DNA of 18,860 nucleotides from a virus: UHGV virus genome UHGV-0099331; one strand, 5' to 3'. Shown piece by piece: positions 1 to 8,309 of this stretch (position 1 is its first letter; each line of letters starts with the position of its first letter). The notes under the pieces were generated by a model. It saw only the letters and a program-made list of their open reading frames with translations, ran no database searches and was not told where the DNA came from. The position numbers and the translations under genes were made by a program.

Positions 1-172
1 AATAAAGGTTTGTCAGGTACGTCAGCAGGCCAAATACCAGACTACCCAGCACACCTATTGCCGCCCACTGTGAGGGCGTGACTTTATCGAGCAACTGTAA
101 AAACCAGTACCCGGCACTACCTGCTGAGGTGCCATAGGCGACACCCGTTGTTAACTTATCCATGGATTTCAT
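1..172 (-). CDS. Holin, S21/pinholin-like with dual start; only the N-terminal part is inside the window (gene continues beyond position 1)
   Basis: Minus-strand translation from ATG at 172 gives [57 protein letters not shown]..., with the Met-Lys-x-Met dual start typical of holin/antiholin pairs and a hydrophobic TM segment. Resembles phage 21 S holin from memory. GAGGTGG Shine-Dalgarno upstream. Confidence 0.7.
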
Positions 173-206
173 AACCCCACCTCGCAGATGCGGGTGCTGT
201 GTAATG

Positions 207-236
207 GAAATAAAAAGGCCACCTGCGTGGCCACCA
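207..236 (-). terminator. Rho-independent terminator downstream of the methyltransferase gene
   Basis: GC hairpin GGCCAC-ctgc-GTGGCC (217-232) followed on the minus strand by TTTTTATTT. Confidence 0.5.
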
Positions 237-238
237 GA

Positions 239-1291
239 TTATTTCCCCACCAGCTCGTTTATCTCTTTCACTGTCTGTTTAAACCGCTCTGACTCAAGCT
301 CAACACCTAAGGCCCGACGCCCCAGCGCCATTGCTGCTTTTATTGTGGAACCGGATCCCATAAAAAAATCAGCAACCAGATCACCAGGTCGACTACTGGC
401 ATTGATTATTTGCCTGAGCATATCCGCCGGTTTCTCACACGGATGTTTACCCGGGTAGAACTGAACGGGTTTATGCATCCAGACATCGGTATAAGGCACG
501 GAGACTGATACGGAGAAATAGCGCCGGAGAGATTTAAACTCATCCAGCAATTCAGAATATTTGCGATTCAGTGAATCATAAGACGCCACCAGCTGGTGGT
601 GTGGTTGTTCCAGTTGTTGTTCCTGAAACTTCTCTGCCGCTATACGGGAAAACAGTGCCTGTAACTTCCGATAGTCAGCCTCATTCGGCAACTGCCACTG
701 ACTGGCACCAAACCAGTGGGAAACCATATTTTTCTTACCTGTGGCTTCGGCAATTTGTTTTGCCGTTATACCCAGTTCGGCACGAGCATCCCTGAAATAC
801 GATATCAGCGGTGCCATTATGTGCTGTTTGAGTTCCCTTTCTTTTGCCGCATAGCCGTCACTTTTGCCGCGATATGGCCCCTGGTAATGTTCAGCAAACA
901 GAACGCGCTCTGTGGCAGGAAAATATGCGCGCAGACTTTCTTTATTACACCCATTCCAACGTCCGGACGGCTTCGCCCAGATGATATGGTTAAGCACGTT
1001 GAAACGTTCACGCATCATGATCTCAATATCAGATGCCAGACGATGCCCACAGAACAGGTAAAGGCTTCCGGCAGGTTTTAACACCCGCCAGAACTGGGCC
1101 AGACAGTGGTCCAGCCACTTAAGGTAATCTTCGTCCCCTTTCCACTGATTGTCCCAGCCGTTGGGTTTCACCTTGAAGTACGGCGGATCGGTAACAATCA
1201 GGTCAATGGAATCATCAGGCAGGGACTGAATAAAATGCAGGCAATCAGCGTTGATTAAATCAACACTGTTTATTTTTACAGTATTTTTCAT
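239..1291 (-). CDS. DNA methyltransferase (N6-adenine or N4-cytosine amino-MTase, beta-class), no restriction partner visible
   Basis: 350 aa ORF. DPPY catalytic motif near the N-terminus (LIVTDPPYF) and an AdoMet-binding FxGxG motif near the C-terminus (DFFMGSGST); this motif order is the beta-class arrangement. Confidence 0.85.
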   Translation of the reverse strand: MKNTVKINSVDLINADCLHFIQSLPDDSIDLIVTDPPYFKVKPNGWDNQWKGDEDYLKWLDHCLAQFWRVLKPAGSLYLFCGHRLASDIEIMMRERFNVLNHIIWAKPSGRWNGCNKESLRAYFPATERVLFAEHYQGPYRGKSDGYAAKERELKQHIMAPLISYFRDARAELGITAKQIAEATGKKNMVSHWFGASQWQLPNEADYRKLQALFSRIAAEKFQEQQLEQPHHQLVASYDSLNRKYSELLDEFKSLRRYFSVSVSVPYTDVWMHKPVQFYPGKHPCEKPADMLRQIINASSRPGDLVADFFMGSGSTIKAAMALGRRALGVELESERFKQTVKEINELVGK

Positions 1292-1441
1292 GGATCAGTA
1301 AGCGTAACTCTGGTAGGCTCACTCTGCTTTTGCGCTAAAGCAGTGGGCCGTGGTTCGCTTGTGACCAGTAAGCATGAGCGAATGGCTGGCAGGTGCTACC
1401 AACACCCACCAGCCGCCCATTTTCACAGCAGGAAACCGCCA

Positions 1442-1645
1442 TTACTGGCAGCGTCTGAATTTATTCCCGTACCCGCCGTTATCCTTCGCCAGCCCCGCCA
1501 GAACTAACTGAGTCAGTATTAACTGGCACCGGGCTTCGCTTACTCCGGTAGTTCTCGTCATCATGCGTGGCGTTACCCACTTGTCAGCAGGTAAGAAATG
1601 AAGGACTGCGGCGGCGGTTTCTGTCATATCTTGCTGTTTTAGCAT
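1442..1645 (-). CDS. Hypothetical small protein (about 67 aa), possible helix-turn-helix
   Basis: ORF in the 1442..1669 frame; start chosen at ATG 1645, which is preceded by AAGGGA at 7 nt. No recognisable family. Confidence 0.4.
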   Translation of the reverse strand: MLKQQDMTETAAAVLHFLPADKWVTPRMMTRTTGVSEARCQLILTQLVLAGLAKDNGGYGNKFRRCQ

Positions 1646-1764
1646 GTCTTTTTCCCTTCTGGTTAACATGACATACCAATAACTCTTGTCTAAAAAGCCA
1701 GCAAGATAAAAAGTCAGTATTCACGACCACCAGCGTGTTTACTGTACTGCACCAAGTTTACAGG

Positions 1765-1793
1765 TACAAAAAACCCGCTCAGTGGCGGGTTGC
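1765..1793 (-). terminator. Rho-independent terminator (copy 1 of a duplicated terminator)
   Basis: Minus-strand hairpin AACCCGC-cactga-GCGGGTT followed by TTTTTTGT. The core is identical to the copy at 2441-2470. Confidence 0.6.
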
Positions 1794-1868
1794 TATCACA
1801 GCTATATATTTACTTATTATGCCGTTACTAACATTTATCTTCGACATATAATCGAAAACAAGGTTTAC

Positions 1869-2285
1869 TTAAAACTCTGCTTTCATTTTATCCGGGAATT
1901 TTTTATTTGCAGCATAATAACTACCAAGTACATAAGCGTTCATTTGCTGCTCTACATCAACCCGACATGCCGCACTAGAACAAGCTCCACTGATAAGCCC
2001 AAAAGAACTCCCTTTAGCAGAGAGATCAGCTTTGATTTCCTCTACAGTGTTTTTCCCCATAGCAACTACACACCCTGTCACAATATATCTAGCCTTCACA
2101 TCATCCATGCTAAGGATAGTAGTTTTCGCAATTTTGCTGTATCCATCATTTTTATAAACATCCATGGCAAACGCACGGCAATCTGTATAATACGGACTTG
2201 CTTTAACTTGCGAATACTCAGGTAATTTCATACCTGCACAACCAACTAAACAAAAACCTATCGCTGCTATTAATACCTTTTTCAT
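1869..2285 (-). CDS. Lipoprotein (moron); AT-rich gene
   Basis: N-terminus MKKVLIAAIGFCLVGCAG is a signal peptide with a lipobox (LVGC). GC content is clearly lower than the flanking phage genes. Start taken at the second ATG (2285); the ORF track begins at 2294. Confidence 0.75.
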   Translation of the reverse strand: MKKVLIAAIGFCLVGCAGMKLPEYSQVKASPYYTDCRAFAMDVYKNDGYSKIAKTTILSMDDVKARYIVTGCVVAMGKNTVEEIKADLSAKGSSFGLISGACSSAACRVDVEQQMNAYVLGSYYAANKKFPDKMKAEF

Positions 2286-2375
2286 TACAGTCATAACCTA
2301 GAAGCATCATTGAAACTAATTTATTAAATAATCATCGAGTTTCTGGAATACAGACGTTAACCATCTCTCCAAAAT

Positions 2376-2411
2376 CTAAAAGATAATAAGAAAAAATGTT
2401 TAACGCACCAA
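2376..2411 (-). promoter_or_regulatory. Putative sigma70 promoter of the lipoprotein moron
   Basis: Minus strand: -35 TTGGTG (2406-2411), 17 bp spacer, -10 TATTAT (2383-2388). Confidence 0.4.
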
Positions 2412-2440
2412 TCCATTTCATAGTTTCATGAGACATCTGG

Positions 2441-2470
2441 CACAAAAAAACCCGCTCAGTGGCGGGTTCT
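2441..2470 (-). terminator. Rho-independent terminator just downstream of Q (tR'-like; copy 2 of the duplicated terminator)
   Basis: Same hairpin as at 1765-1793 (AACCCGCCACTGAGCGGGTT followed by a T-run on the minus strand). Confidence 0.6.
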
Positions 2471-2514
2471 TAAATCTTATCAACGGTAGACATACAAAGC
2501 CCATCGTTGTGAAA

Positions 2515-2543
2515 ATCTTATCCATATTTTTTGAAAAACGCAA
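2515..2543 (-). promoter_or_regulatory. Candidate late promoter (PR'-like) between Q and the tR'-like terminator
   Basis: Minus strand: -35 TTGCGT (2538-2543), 17 bp spacer, -10 TAAGAT (2515-2520); about 50 nt upstream of the terminator. Position-based inference only. Confidence 0.3.
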
Positions 2544-2574
2544 GCATCATGTCGTCATCTTCGGCGAAAACCAT

Positions 2575-3327
2575 TTATCTTGTCACCTTTCTCAATTGTA
2601 TCTCTGCATATGCTTCTTCCTGCCAGCACTTTGTAACCAGTTTATCAATGACATCTGCATATCCTTTGTACCACTGATAATCCGTCAGGTCTGGTACCAG
2701 CTTCTGGACATGAAGCCGCGCCAGTGTGGTTGGTAAACGGCTAAACCGGTTTCCATTGCAACGCCCACAAACCTTATAAACAGGCGTGCCATGAAGCCGG
2801 GTTCTTTTTTCATCCAGGACAATACCTTTACCCTTACACCCTCTGCACGCTGTGCTGACTTCTCCCTTACCATGACAATGCTGACACAGTTCCTTCACCC
2901 ACTCTTCCTTGATAACAGATTCCCCGCTTCTGGAGTGTTTCACCACTTCGCGCAATACATTATGAAATCCAGTACCAGCACAATGCTCACAGCGAGCCTT
3001 ACTTGCCGCAGACCTGGAATAATCAGCAAAGGCAAAATTCACAAGGTAAGGGATGATCTGTAACCGGGTTTCTTCACTCAATTTGTTCAATGTCGGGTTA
3101 TCCAGTGCCATCGCGTAATTGAGCAGACCTTCAATCGCAAACTGAGGATCCTGAACACCAACTTTTGCCAGGAATAAGGCAAACCCAAGCGGTGCTTTCG
3201 ACTGCACCATCCCCTGCGCAGCCATCACATCCGTAATCGTTAAACCACCTGAGCCTGTCGCCGGTGCGTCATCGCTCAATTTTGGAGATTTCGGGGAGTA
3301 ATATTTCGGTAAGGCTTCAAGGTTCAT
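2575..3327 (-). CDS. Late-gene antitermination protein Q (250 aa, QuuQ-like family)
   Basis: 250 aa with clustered Cys/His zinc-binding motifs (CEHCAGTG, CQHCHGKGE, CRGCKGKG, CGRCNG). Sits at the end of the early-right operon immediately before a terminator and the lysis region. GGAGA Shine-Dalgarno. Confidence 0.65.
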   Translation of the reverse strand: MNLEALPKYYSPKSPKLSDDAPATGSGGLTITDVMAAQGMVQSKAPLGFALFLAKVGVQDPQFAIEGLLNYAMALDNPTLNKLSEETRLQIIPYLVNFAFADYSRSAASKARCEHCAGTGFHNVLREVVKHSRSGESVIKEEWVKELCQHCHGKGEVSTACRGCKGKGIVLDEKRTRLHGTPVYKVCGRCNGNRFSRLPTTLARLHVQKLVPDLTDYQWYKGYADVIDKLVTKCWQEEAYAEIQLRKVTR

Positions 3328-3340
3328 GCTCGTTCTCCAC

Positions 3341-4336
3341 TTACGCCAGTACGCCTATTGCCAGCGCACGATCGATAAAACGAAATATCAGCTCCAGCTG
3401 GGAACCATACTTCTCTTCAAATGCCACGGTATCCGCATGCAGCTCGTCGTGATGCTTTCTGCACAAAGGCAACACAAAGAGGTCATGCGCTTTTGTTCCC
3501 ATTCCACCCTGACCGTGACCTATCAGGTGGTGGGGATCATCAGCGGGCTTTCCACAACATGCACACGGCTGTGTCTTAACCCAGCGCGTGTACTTTTCAT
3601 TAACCCAGCGGCGACGTTTTGGGCGTAACATAAAAGACTCCGGCGACTCCGGATCCACTTTCAGCGCCAGCACCTTTTTCGCTTTATCCTGGATGATGCT
3701 GGTGGCAGGAACCGAAGGCACAAGGTCACTTTCCCGGGTGACAGACGGCACAACAGGCTTCGGTAATCTCAGTGCCTTACGGGCTGCACTTTCCGGTAAG
3801 GCATCCGCCAGGTCATTACGAATCAGCCACCAGCACAGTTCCGGCATTGTCACAACGTGACTATCATCAAAACCGAGATCCCGACGCACAACAGACAACA
3901 CCCAGCGGGCACAGTTATCCGTTGCCATTGATTCCAGCCGTTCCGTGAACTGATCGCGCAGCTGGTTATCACAGTGCCAGCACAGACGGATTGCGCCCGG
4001 CGCGTGTCGCATTGTTGTCATGTTCTCGCTGTGCCAGTCGGAATGAGGCCACTGGCAGCCTTTTTCACGAAGTAACCAGCTTTCAAGACATTCCACGCCA
4101 CCAGCACGACGGATCACTGCCTCATTGCGGAACACGGCCCGAACGGCAGGATCATCCGCCAGCGGTTGTGATGCCGCCGGAACGGCACCACTGGCGAAAG
4201 ATGAATAACGTTCCGGCTCAGGCTCCAGCAGGATACGCCCCTGCATAAACAGGGGCATCAGCTCTGAACCTGGTCTGAACAATACGATCCCCATACGCGG
4301 GGCAATTTCAGGGGTCAGTAGTGCTCTCACGGTCAC
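3341..4336 (-). CDS. DUF968-like prophage protein (YdfU-like) with C-terminal His/Cys HNH-like motif
   Basis: 331 aa; C-terminal motif HHLIGHGQGGMGTKAHDLFVLPLCRKHHDELH. Adjacent to Q as in other lambdoid prophages. Start codon is uncertain (GTG at 4336 or an internal ATG). Confidence 0.6.
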   Translation of the reverse strand: MTVRALLTPEIAPRMGIVLFRPGSELMPLFMQGRILLEPEPERYSSFASGAVPAASQPLADDPAVRAVFRNEAVIRRAGGVECLESWLLREKGCQWPHSDWHSENMTTMRHAPGAIRLCWHCDNQLRDQFTERLESMATDNCARWVLSVVRRDLGFDDSHVVTMPELCWWLIRNDLADALPESAARKALRLPKPVVPSVTRESDLVPSVPATSIIQDKAKKVLALKVDPESPESFMLRPKRRRWVNEKYTRWVKTQPCACCGKPADDPHHLIGHGQGGMGTKAHDLFVLPLCRKHHDELHADTVAFEEKYGSQLELIFRFIDRALAIGVLA

Positions 4337-4337
4337 C

Positions 4338-5147
4338 TCAATGTACGGTATCGAGCAGCTTTAACAGCTCAGGGAATCGGGATTCGAAGAAATGCGGCTG
4401 CGTCTCGCGCGGATTTGCGGGACTGGTGATGTTCTTGCCGAACATGCAGCCTTTCGCTGTCAGTGACCAGAATTTTTTGATGTTGTTAATCGCGGTACGG
4501 CTGTATCGTTCGCGCTGCTCGACGATCCCCAGCTTCACCATCTGGTGATATGCCTGATTAGCTGTCAGGCGGATACCATACTGCTTCAGCAATGCACTCA
4601 GTGACAGCGTGGGGCGGCTTGAGCCATCAGGCGCGTCAGCAGGAGCATCAATGGCATAGCGCGGTGCCAGATTCGGTAAGCCAACAGCCTCCTGGAGTTT
4701 CTGACAGGCCCCAAGCACTGAAGAGTTAGACAGGTTTAACTCCCTGCGCATAAAGTCCAGCAGAATCACGCCAGCCTGCATCTTGTCAGCAGCCTGCCCG
4801 GATAATTTTTCCGGTGCGCTGGTTACCATATCGAAAGTACGGATCACCTTCAGATGGAATGACGGGCTGATCCACATTGCATAGGCATACACCAGTTCCT
4901 TGCAGACATAAGTTCCCCGTTCATTTCCCCCATGAATCACACTCACCGGGTCAACACCCAAATTCTGGGTGTTGGTCAATTCATGAACAAGCTCAACAGT
5001 TTGTTGGCTGGAAAGAAACTTTCCTGGCTCCTTGGTTCTGGCATTTGCACCAGATGCTACTGCTGCGCGATGCAGATCGTTCAGGCTGTAACGCCCATAA
5101 GCATCACGACGAACTTCAATACCATCAATGACCATCAGATTATTCAT
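4338..5147 (-). CDS. KilA-N domain protein
   Basis: N-terminus MNNLMVIDGIEVRRDAYGRYSLNDLHRAA...RGTYVCKELVYAYAMWISPSFHL matches the KilA-N/APSES-like domain pattern. ATG at 5147 has an AGGAGA Shine-Dalgarno; the track ORF extends to a GTG at 5180. Confidence 0.7.
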   Translation of the reverse strand: MNNLMVIDGIEVRRDAYGRYSLNDLHRAAVASGANARTKEPGKFLSSQQTVELVHELTNTQNLGVDPVSVIHGGNERGTYVCKELVYAYAMWISPSFHLKVIRTFDMVTSAPEKLSGQAADKMQAGVILLDFMRRELNLSNSSVLGACQKLQEAVGLPNLAPRYAIDAPADAPDGSSRPTLSLSALLKQYGIRLTANQAYHQMVKLGIVEQRERYSRTAINNIKKFWSLTAKGCMFGKNITSPANPRETQPHFFESRFPELLKLLDTVH

Positions 5148-5166
5148 ACTTCGTTTCTCCTCTTGA

Positions 5167-5556
5167 TCAGGCGGCTGCACCCGCCGTTTTCTCGTACTTA
5201 CTGATAGTGATCTCGACCTTCCCTTCCGGGATAACCGGTCCCCACTCCACCAGCATTCTTTTCACCTGACTGTCGTCTTCCCACACACCCGCATGGGTCA
5301 GGGCGTCAAACAGCGCCTTGTTATAGTTGTCCAGATCGCGGATCCGGTTATCCGGAGGAAACAACACGATCTCCACTGAAGCAGGTGCCGACGTTGGTTT
5401 CGGCAGACGACGTAACTGCTCAACTATTGCTGCGCACGCCGCGCTCTGGAATTTTCGCCCCGCCGCGCTTATCAGGCTCTTACCAGCAAATGCCCCTTTG
5501 TTGGGGTGTCGCCAGTAGGTGTTCACGCTGGGTGGAAAAGGCAGAATCAGCTTCAT
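5167..5556 (-). CDS. rusA: Crossover junction endodeoxyribonuclease RusA (Holliday junction resolvase)
   Basis: 129 aa; MKLILPFPPSVNTYW N-terminus and acidic RDLDNYNKALFDAL catalytic region typical of RusA. Confidence 0.85.
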   Translation of the reverse strand: MKLILPFPPSVNTYWRHPNKGAFAGKSLISAAGRKFQSAACAAIVEQLRRLPKPTSAPASVEIVLFPPDNRIRDLDNYNKALFDALTHAGVWEDDSQVKRMLVEWGPVIPEGKVEITISKYEKTAGAAA

Positions 5557-5879
5557 ACTTTCAGCCCCCTCTCATGTAACCAGTGGGCTGCACGCAGCCT
5601 GGCGTTTTCCTCACCAGCAAGCAGTGCGCGGATAATCCCGGCCGCCTCGCTGTCGTCGTCCTTCACCGCGGTATGAAGCGTTATCCCCCGGGCCACGCCA
5701 CGCTTTATCGTGATGACGCCTTTTTTCTCCAGTGCGCGAAGATGCTCCACCGCTGCATTCACCGAACGGTATCCCAGCATGGTTGCCACCTCCTGATTGG
5801 TTGGCGGGAAGCCACGTTCTTTCTGATAAGAAATCAGCATATCCAGCACCTGCTGCTGGCATTGAGTTAACGTCGTCAT
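5553..5879 (-). CDS. LexA N-terminal DNA-binding-domain homolog lacking the S24 peptidase domain
   Basis: 108 aa; QQQVLDMLISYQKERGFPPTNQEVATMLGYRSVNAAVEHLRALEKKGVI aligns by eye with the LexA winged-helix domain (LexA: RQQEVFDLI...[34 protein letters not shown]). No Ser/Lys protease domain follows. Confidence 0.7.
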   Translation of the reverse strand: MTTLTQCQQQVLDMLISYQKERGFPPTNQEVATMLGYRSVNAAVEHLRALEKKGVITIKRGVARGITLHTAVKDDDSEAAGIIRALLAGEENARLRAAHWLHERGLKV

Positions 5880-6529
5880 GCCGCCATCTCCCTGACCAGT
5901 TTTTCTGCCTGCTGGCGAACCTGCGCCAGAAACGCCTCACCACATGCCTCAAGTTCATCGCGCCCGATGTAGCTGATTGCCGGTCCCTTCCAGGTCTTGT
6001 CGAAAACAGCAATAGCACCAGCGAAGAAAGCGCCTGTCGGCACCTGCTTCTCGTCCTTCGGGATAAACCAGGCAGGCAGTTCAAAACCAATACGCCCGCG
6101 AATAAAAGCAATATGATCTGCATCTTCCGGCCACCACACTTCGCTGGTGGCAGCTTTGATCAGGAAAACATAGCGTCCGCCCTTATCACGCATGGCACTG
6201 GCATGCTTCATGATGTAACGCATGCCGGTGATGTATTGCCCTTCATGCTGACTGGCGCGGCTGTACGGGGGATTACCAAAGGCAGCACCTTTAAGCTCCG
6301 CAAGACGTTCTGACCAGTCATGCGCCAGCGCGTTATCTTCCGCCGTGTAATACGCGGCACATTTGGCGTTATCACCGTCAGTAAACAGATCCAGAACAAA
6401 CGGGCCAAACAGGGTGTTAATTCCCCAGAAAATGTTGTCCGGCGTGCGCCACTGATCGCCCACTTCCTTCAGTTCATGGGCTGGTTTGTTCCGCAGTTCC
6501 ACCAGCGCCTGGCAATATTTATTACTCAT
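5876..6529 (-). CDS. Phage DNA N6-adenine methyltransferase (Dam family)
   Basis: NPPY-type motif (FGNPPYSR). ATG at 6529 overlaps the stop of the upstream gene (TAATG); the track ORF extends to a GTG at 6562. Confidence 0.8.
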   Translation of the reverse strand: MSNKYCQALVELRNKPAHELKEVGDQWRTPDNIFWGINTLFGPFVLDLFTDGDNAKCAAYYTAEDNALAHDWSERLAELKGAAFGNPPYSRASQHEGQYITGMRYIMKHASAMRDKGGRYVFLIKAATSEVWWPEDADHIAFIRGRIGFELPAWFIPKDEKQVPTGAFFAGAIAVFDKTWKGPAISYIGRDELEACGEAFLAQVRQQAEKLVREMAA

Positions 6530-7017
6530 TAAGCCCCCACGTAATTCCCTGACAGATACCACTCTTCACCCGATGCAACGCGCTTGCTGCTTTTCCGTAA
6601 GCACCGCTCACGACGCGCCAGAAAATTGTTTCGTTCTGGCTGGGAGTGGCTTTCACGGAATGCCGCCATCCACACGGTTGCAGCACGACGGTATAAGCCC
6701 CTGGACTCCAGTTCTTCCGCCTGGCGGGTCAGGCACAAAATCACCCGTGGATCGTTAGTGCCGACATAGAAATGGCGCACAGGTCTGGTTTCTCGAACTG
6801 GTTGTGGTTCCGGTTCCTGCGCTCTCTCAGTCAGGCGCGGGAAATGTCTGCGTGTATCTCCTTCACAACGGTGAGCCACACGCCCACTCTGACGTAACTT
6901 GCTTGCTGACTGCAGAACGCGCTGCCGTGAGTAACCTGCAAAAGCATCCGCAATGTCTCCGGAAGTACATCCCGGATGGGCTTCAATGAATTTCTGAACT
7001 TCATTCAAAAGACTCAT
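6529..7017 (-). CDS. Hypothetical protein with PerC-like C-terminal region
   Basis: 162 aa from ATG 7017. The segment LESRGLYRRAATVWMAAF resembles the conserved core of PerC-family activators as I recall it; the family assignment is tentative. Confidence 0.5.
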   Translation of the reverse strand: MSLLNEVQKFIEAHPGCTSGDIADAFAGYSRQRVLQSASKLRQSGRVAHRCEGDTRRHFPRLTERAQEPEPQPVRETRPVRHFYVGTNDPRVILCLTRQAEELESRGLYRRAATVWMAAFRESHSQPERNNFLARRERCLRKSSKRVASGEEWYLSGNYVGA

Positions 7018-7019
7018 GA

Positions 7020-7961
7020 TCACCCCCTGAATCCTGCCGGGATCTGGCTGTAGTCCACGTTGTCGTAACTGGCTTTGAAGTACGGGTCTTCGCGTTTTTC
7101 GGTGTACATGCTGACGGACGGCGATAAGCGCAGGGAAAGCTCATCCCATTTTTCCCGCAACTTCGACGGGCTGAGCACGTTACGGCACCAGAACGGATCG
7201 CGGCTGACGCGGCTGTACATCTCGCAGATTTGTTTGTGAGTACGACCATCCTGCACACACATCAGGCGAATTTCGTTTGCCCATGCTGTCCAGTTAGGTT
7301 CTTTGGGACGAACCACCTCGCCGTCACATTCGGCGGCCTGCTCGTACAGGGCGATGATTTTTTTCCAGAGCCACTGTGCGCAGGTCAAATCATCCTGCGT
7401 CCCCCACTGGCGCTTTTTAGGGCTGAATACAACCGCATCAGGATGGCGAGTTAAAAAATCCTGTTCAGCCGTCTGCGTGTCCGGTTGCGAAGCGTCCGGA
7501 CGAGAAGGTTTTTTATCTGACGGATCATGTTTTGATTTTACTGACGGATCCCCGCCAGATTCTGACGGGTGAAAACCCGCTTTTTTGCCAGATTTCGACG
7601 CATCAAATTTTGACGGGTCAGATTTTGATGCGTCAGATTTTGACGGGTCAGAATCTGACAGTTGAGAAAATGCCGCTGCCTGAAGCTTCGCAACGTTAAG
7701 CTGATAAACATTCGACGCATTGCGGTTACCCTGGCGACGCGCCTTACGCGTTAACCAGCCTTCTGCTTCCAGCCGTGCGATAGCCGTTCTGACGGTACTC
7801 ATCCCCGCGCCAATCTGACGGGCAATGGTTTCAATTGATGGCCAGCACACACCTTCGTCATTACTGAAATCAGCCAGGCGGGCCATAATTGCCACGCTGG
7901 ATAATTTCATGCCTGACGCAGCGCAACCATCCCATACATAGCCGGTTAATTTAGTGCTCAT
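7020..7961 (-). CDS. Replication initiation protein (N-terminal HTH, repetitive linker, C-terminal domain)
   Basis: 313 aa. N-terminal winged-helix/HTH region, then a low-complexity repeat linker (DPSKSDASKSDPSKFDASKS) encoded by direct DNA repeats. Position after cro/cII as for lambda O. Confidence 0.7.
   Translation of the reverse strand: MSTKLTGYVWDGCAASGMKLSSVAIMARLADFSNDEGVCWPSIETIARQIGAGMSTVRTAIARLEAEGWLTRKARRQGNRNASNVYQLNVAKLQAAAFSQLSDSDPSKSDASKSDPSKFDASKSGKKAGFHPSESGGDPSVKSKHDPSDKKPSRPDASQPDTQTAEQDFLTRHPDAVVFSPKKRQWGTQDDLTCAQWLWKKIIALYEQAAECDGEVVRPKEPNWTAWANEIRLMCVQDGRTHKQICEMYSRVSRDPFWCRNVLSPSKLREKWDELSLRLSPSVSMYTEKREDPYFKASYDNVDYSQIPAGFRG
7511..7665. repeat. Iteron array (putative phage replication origin) inside the replication gene
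   Basis: At least seven direct repeats of about 15 bp related to GATTTTGACGGGTCA (e.g. 7606-7620, 7621-7635, 7636-7650, with degenerate copies either side). Confidence 0.55.
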
Positions 7962-7970
7962 GACCGACCT

Positions 7971-8309
7971 CTATTTCCCTGAATTTACGACGAAACTGTT
8001 CGAGCGGACTGAAGCATTCATGCTCATAGCCTTCGCGGAGGTAGATAACCCGTTGTGTTTCCGGCTCCCAACGAATGACTCTGACGGGTACTCCGTAGTG
8101 ATCTTTGAACCAGCGGTTAACTTGTCGCAAAGGACTGTCTCCTTTTGCCGGTTAAAATCACCCACAGCCCACTCTGCAAAGCTGTGGGTTACAATTACCC
8201 TGCCACCTGGTACATTTACTGCATAGCAATACTCCACCTTCGCTTTTCCACCCGGTACAGGAAGCGCAATCAGTTGCGAGCGACGGTAGTGTGTTGTTAA
8301 ACTGTTCAT
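7971..8309 (-). CDS. Hypothetical protein (112 aa); C-terminal extent uncertain
   Basis: ATG at 8309 overlaps the stop of the upstream cII-like gene (ATGA) and has GGAGA upstream. An out-of-frame 59-codon ORF (TTG 8130 to stop 7951) with an AAGGAG Shine-Dalgarno overlaps its 3' half. Confidence 0.4.
   Translation of the reverse strand: MNSLTTHYRRSQLIALPVPGGKAKVEYCYAVNVPGGRVIVTHSFAEWAVGDFNRQKETVLCDKLTAGSKITTEYPSESFVGSRKHNGLSTSAKAMSMNASVRSNSFVVNSGK

Noticed and set aside
1324-1343. Palindrome CTGCTTT-tgcgct-AAAGCAG upstream of the methyltransferase gene, considered as a LexA box or terminator
   Set aside because: Spacing (CTGC-N12-GCAG) does not fit the LexA box and no U-tract follows; kept only as an unexplained hairpin.
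5611-6313. Long antisense or overlapping ORFs (170 aa minus-strand and 193 aa plus-strand) across the LexA-like and Dam genes
   Set aside because: They overlap well-supported genes that have conserved motifs; their products are arginine- and proline-rich low-complexity sequences typical of out-of-frame reading of GC-rich coding DNA.
7954-8226. 90 aa plus-strand ORF antisense to the early-right operon
   Set aside because: Lies opposite a region with translationally coupled minus-strand genes and has no promoter or RBS evidence; likely spurious.
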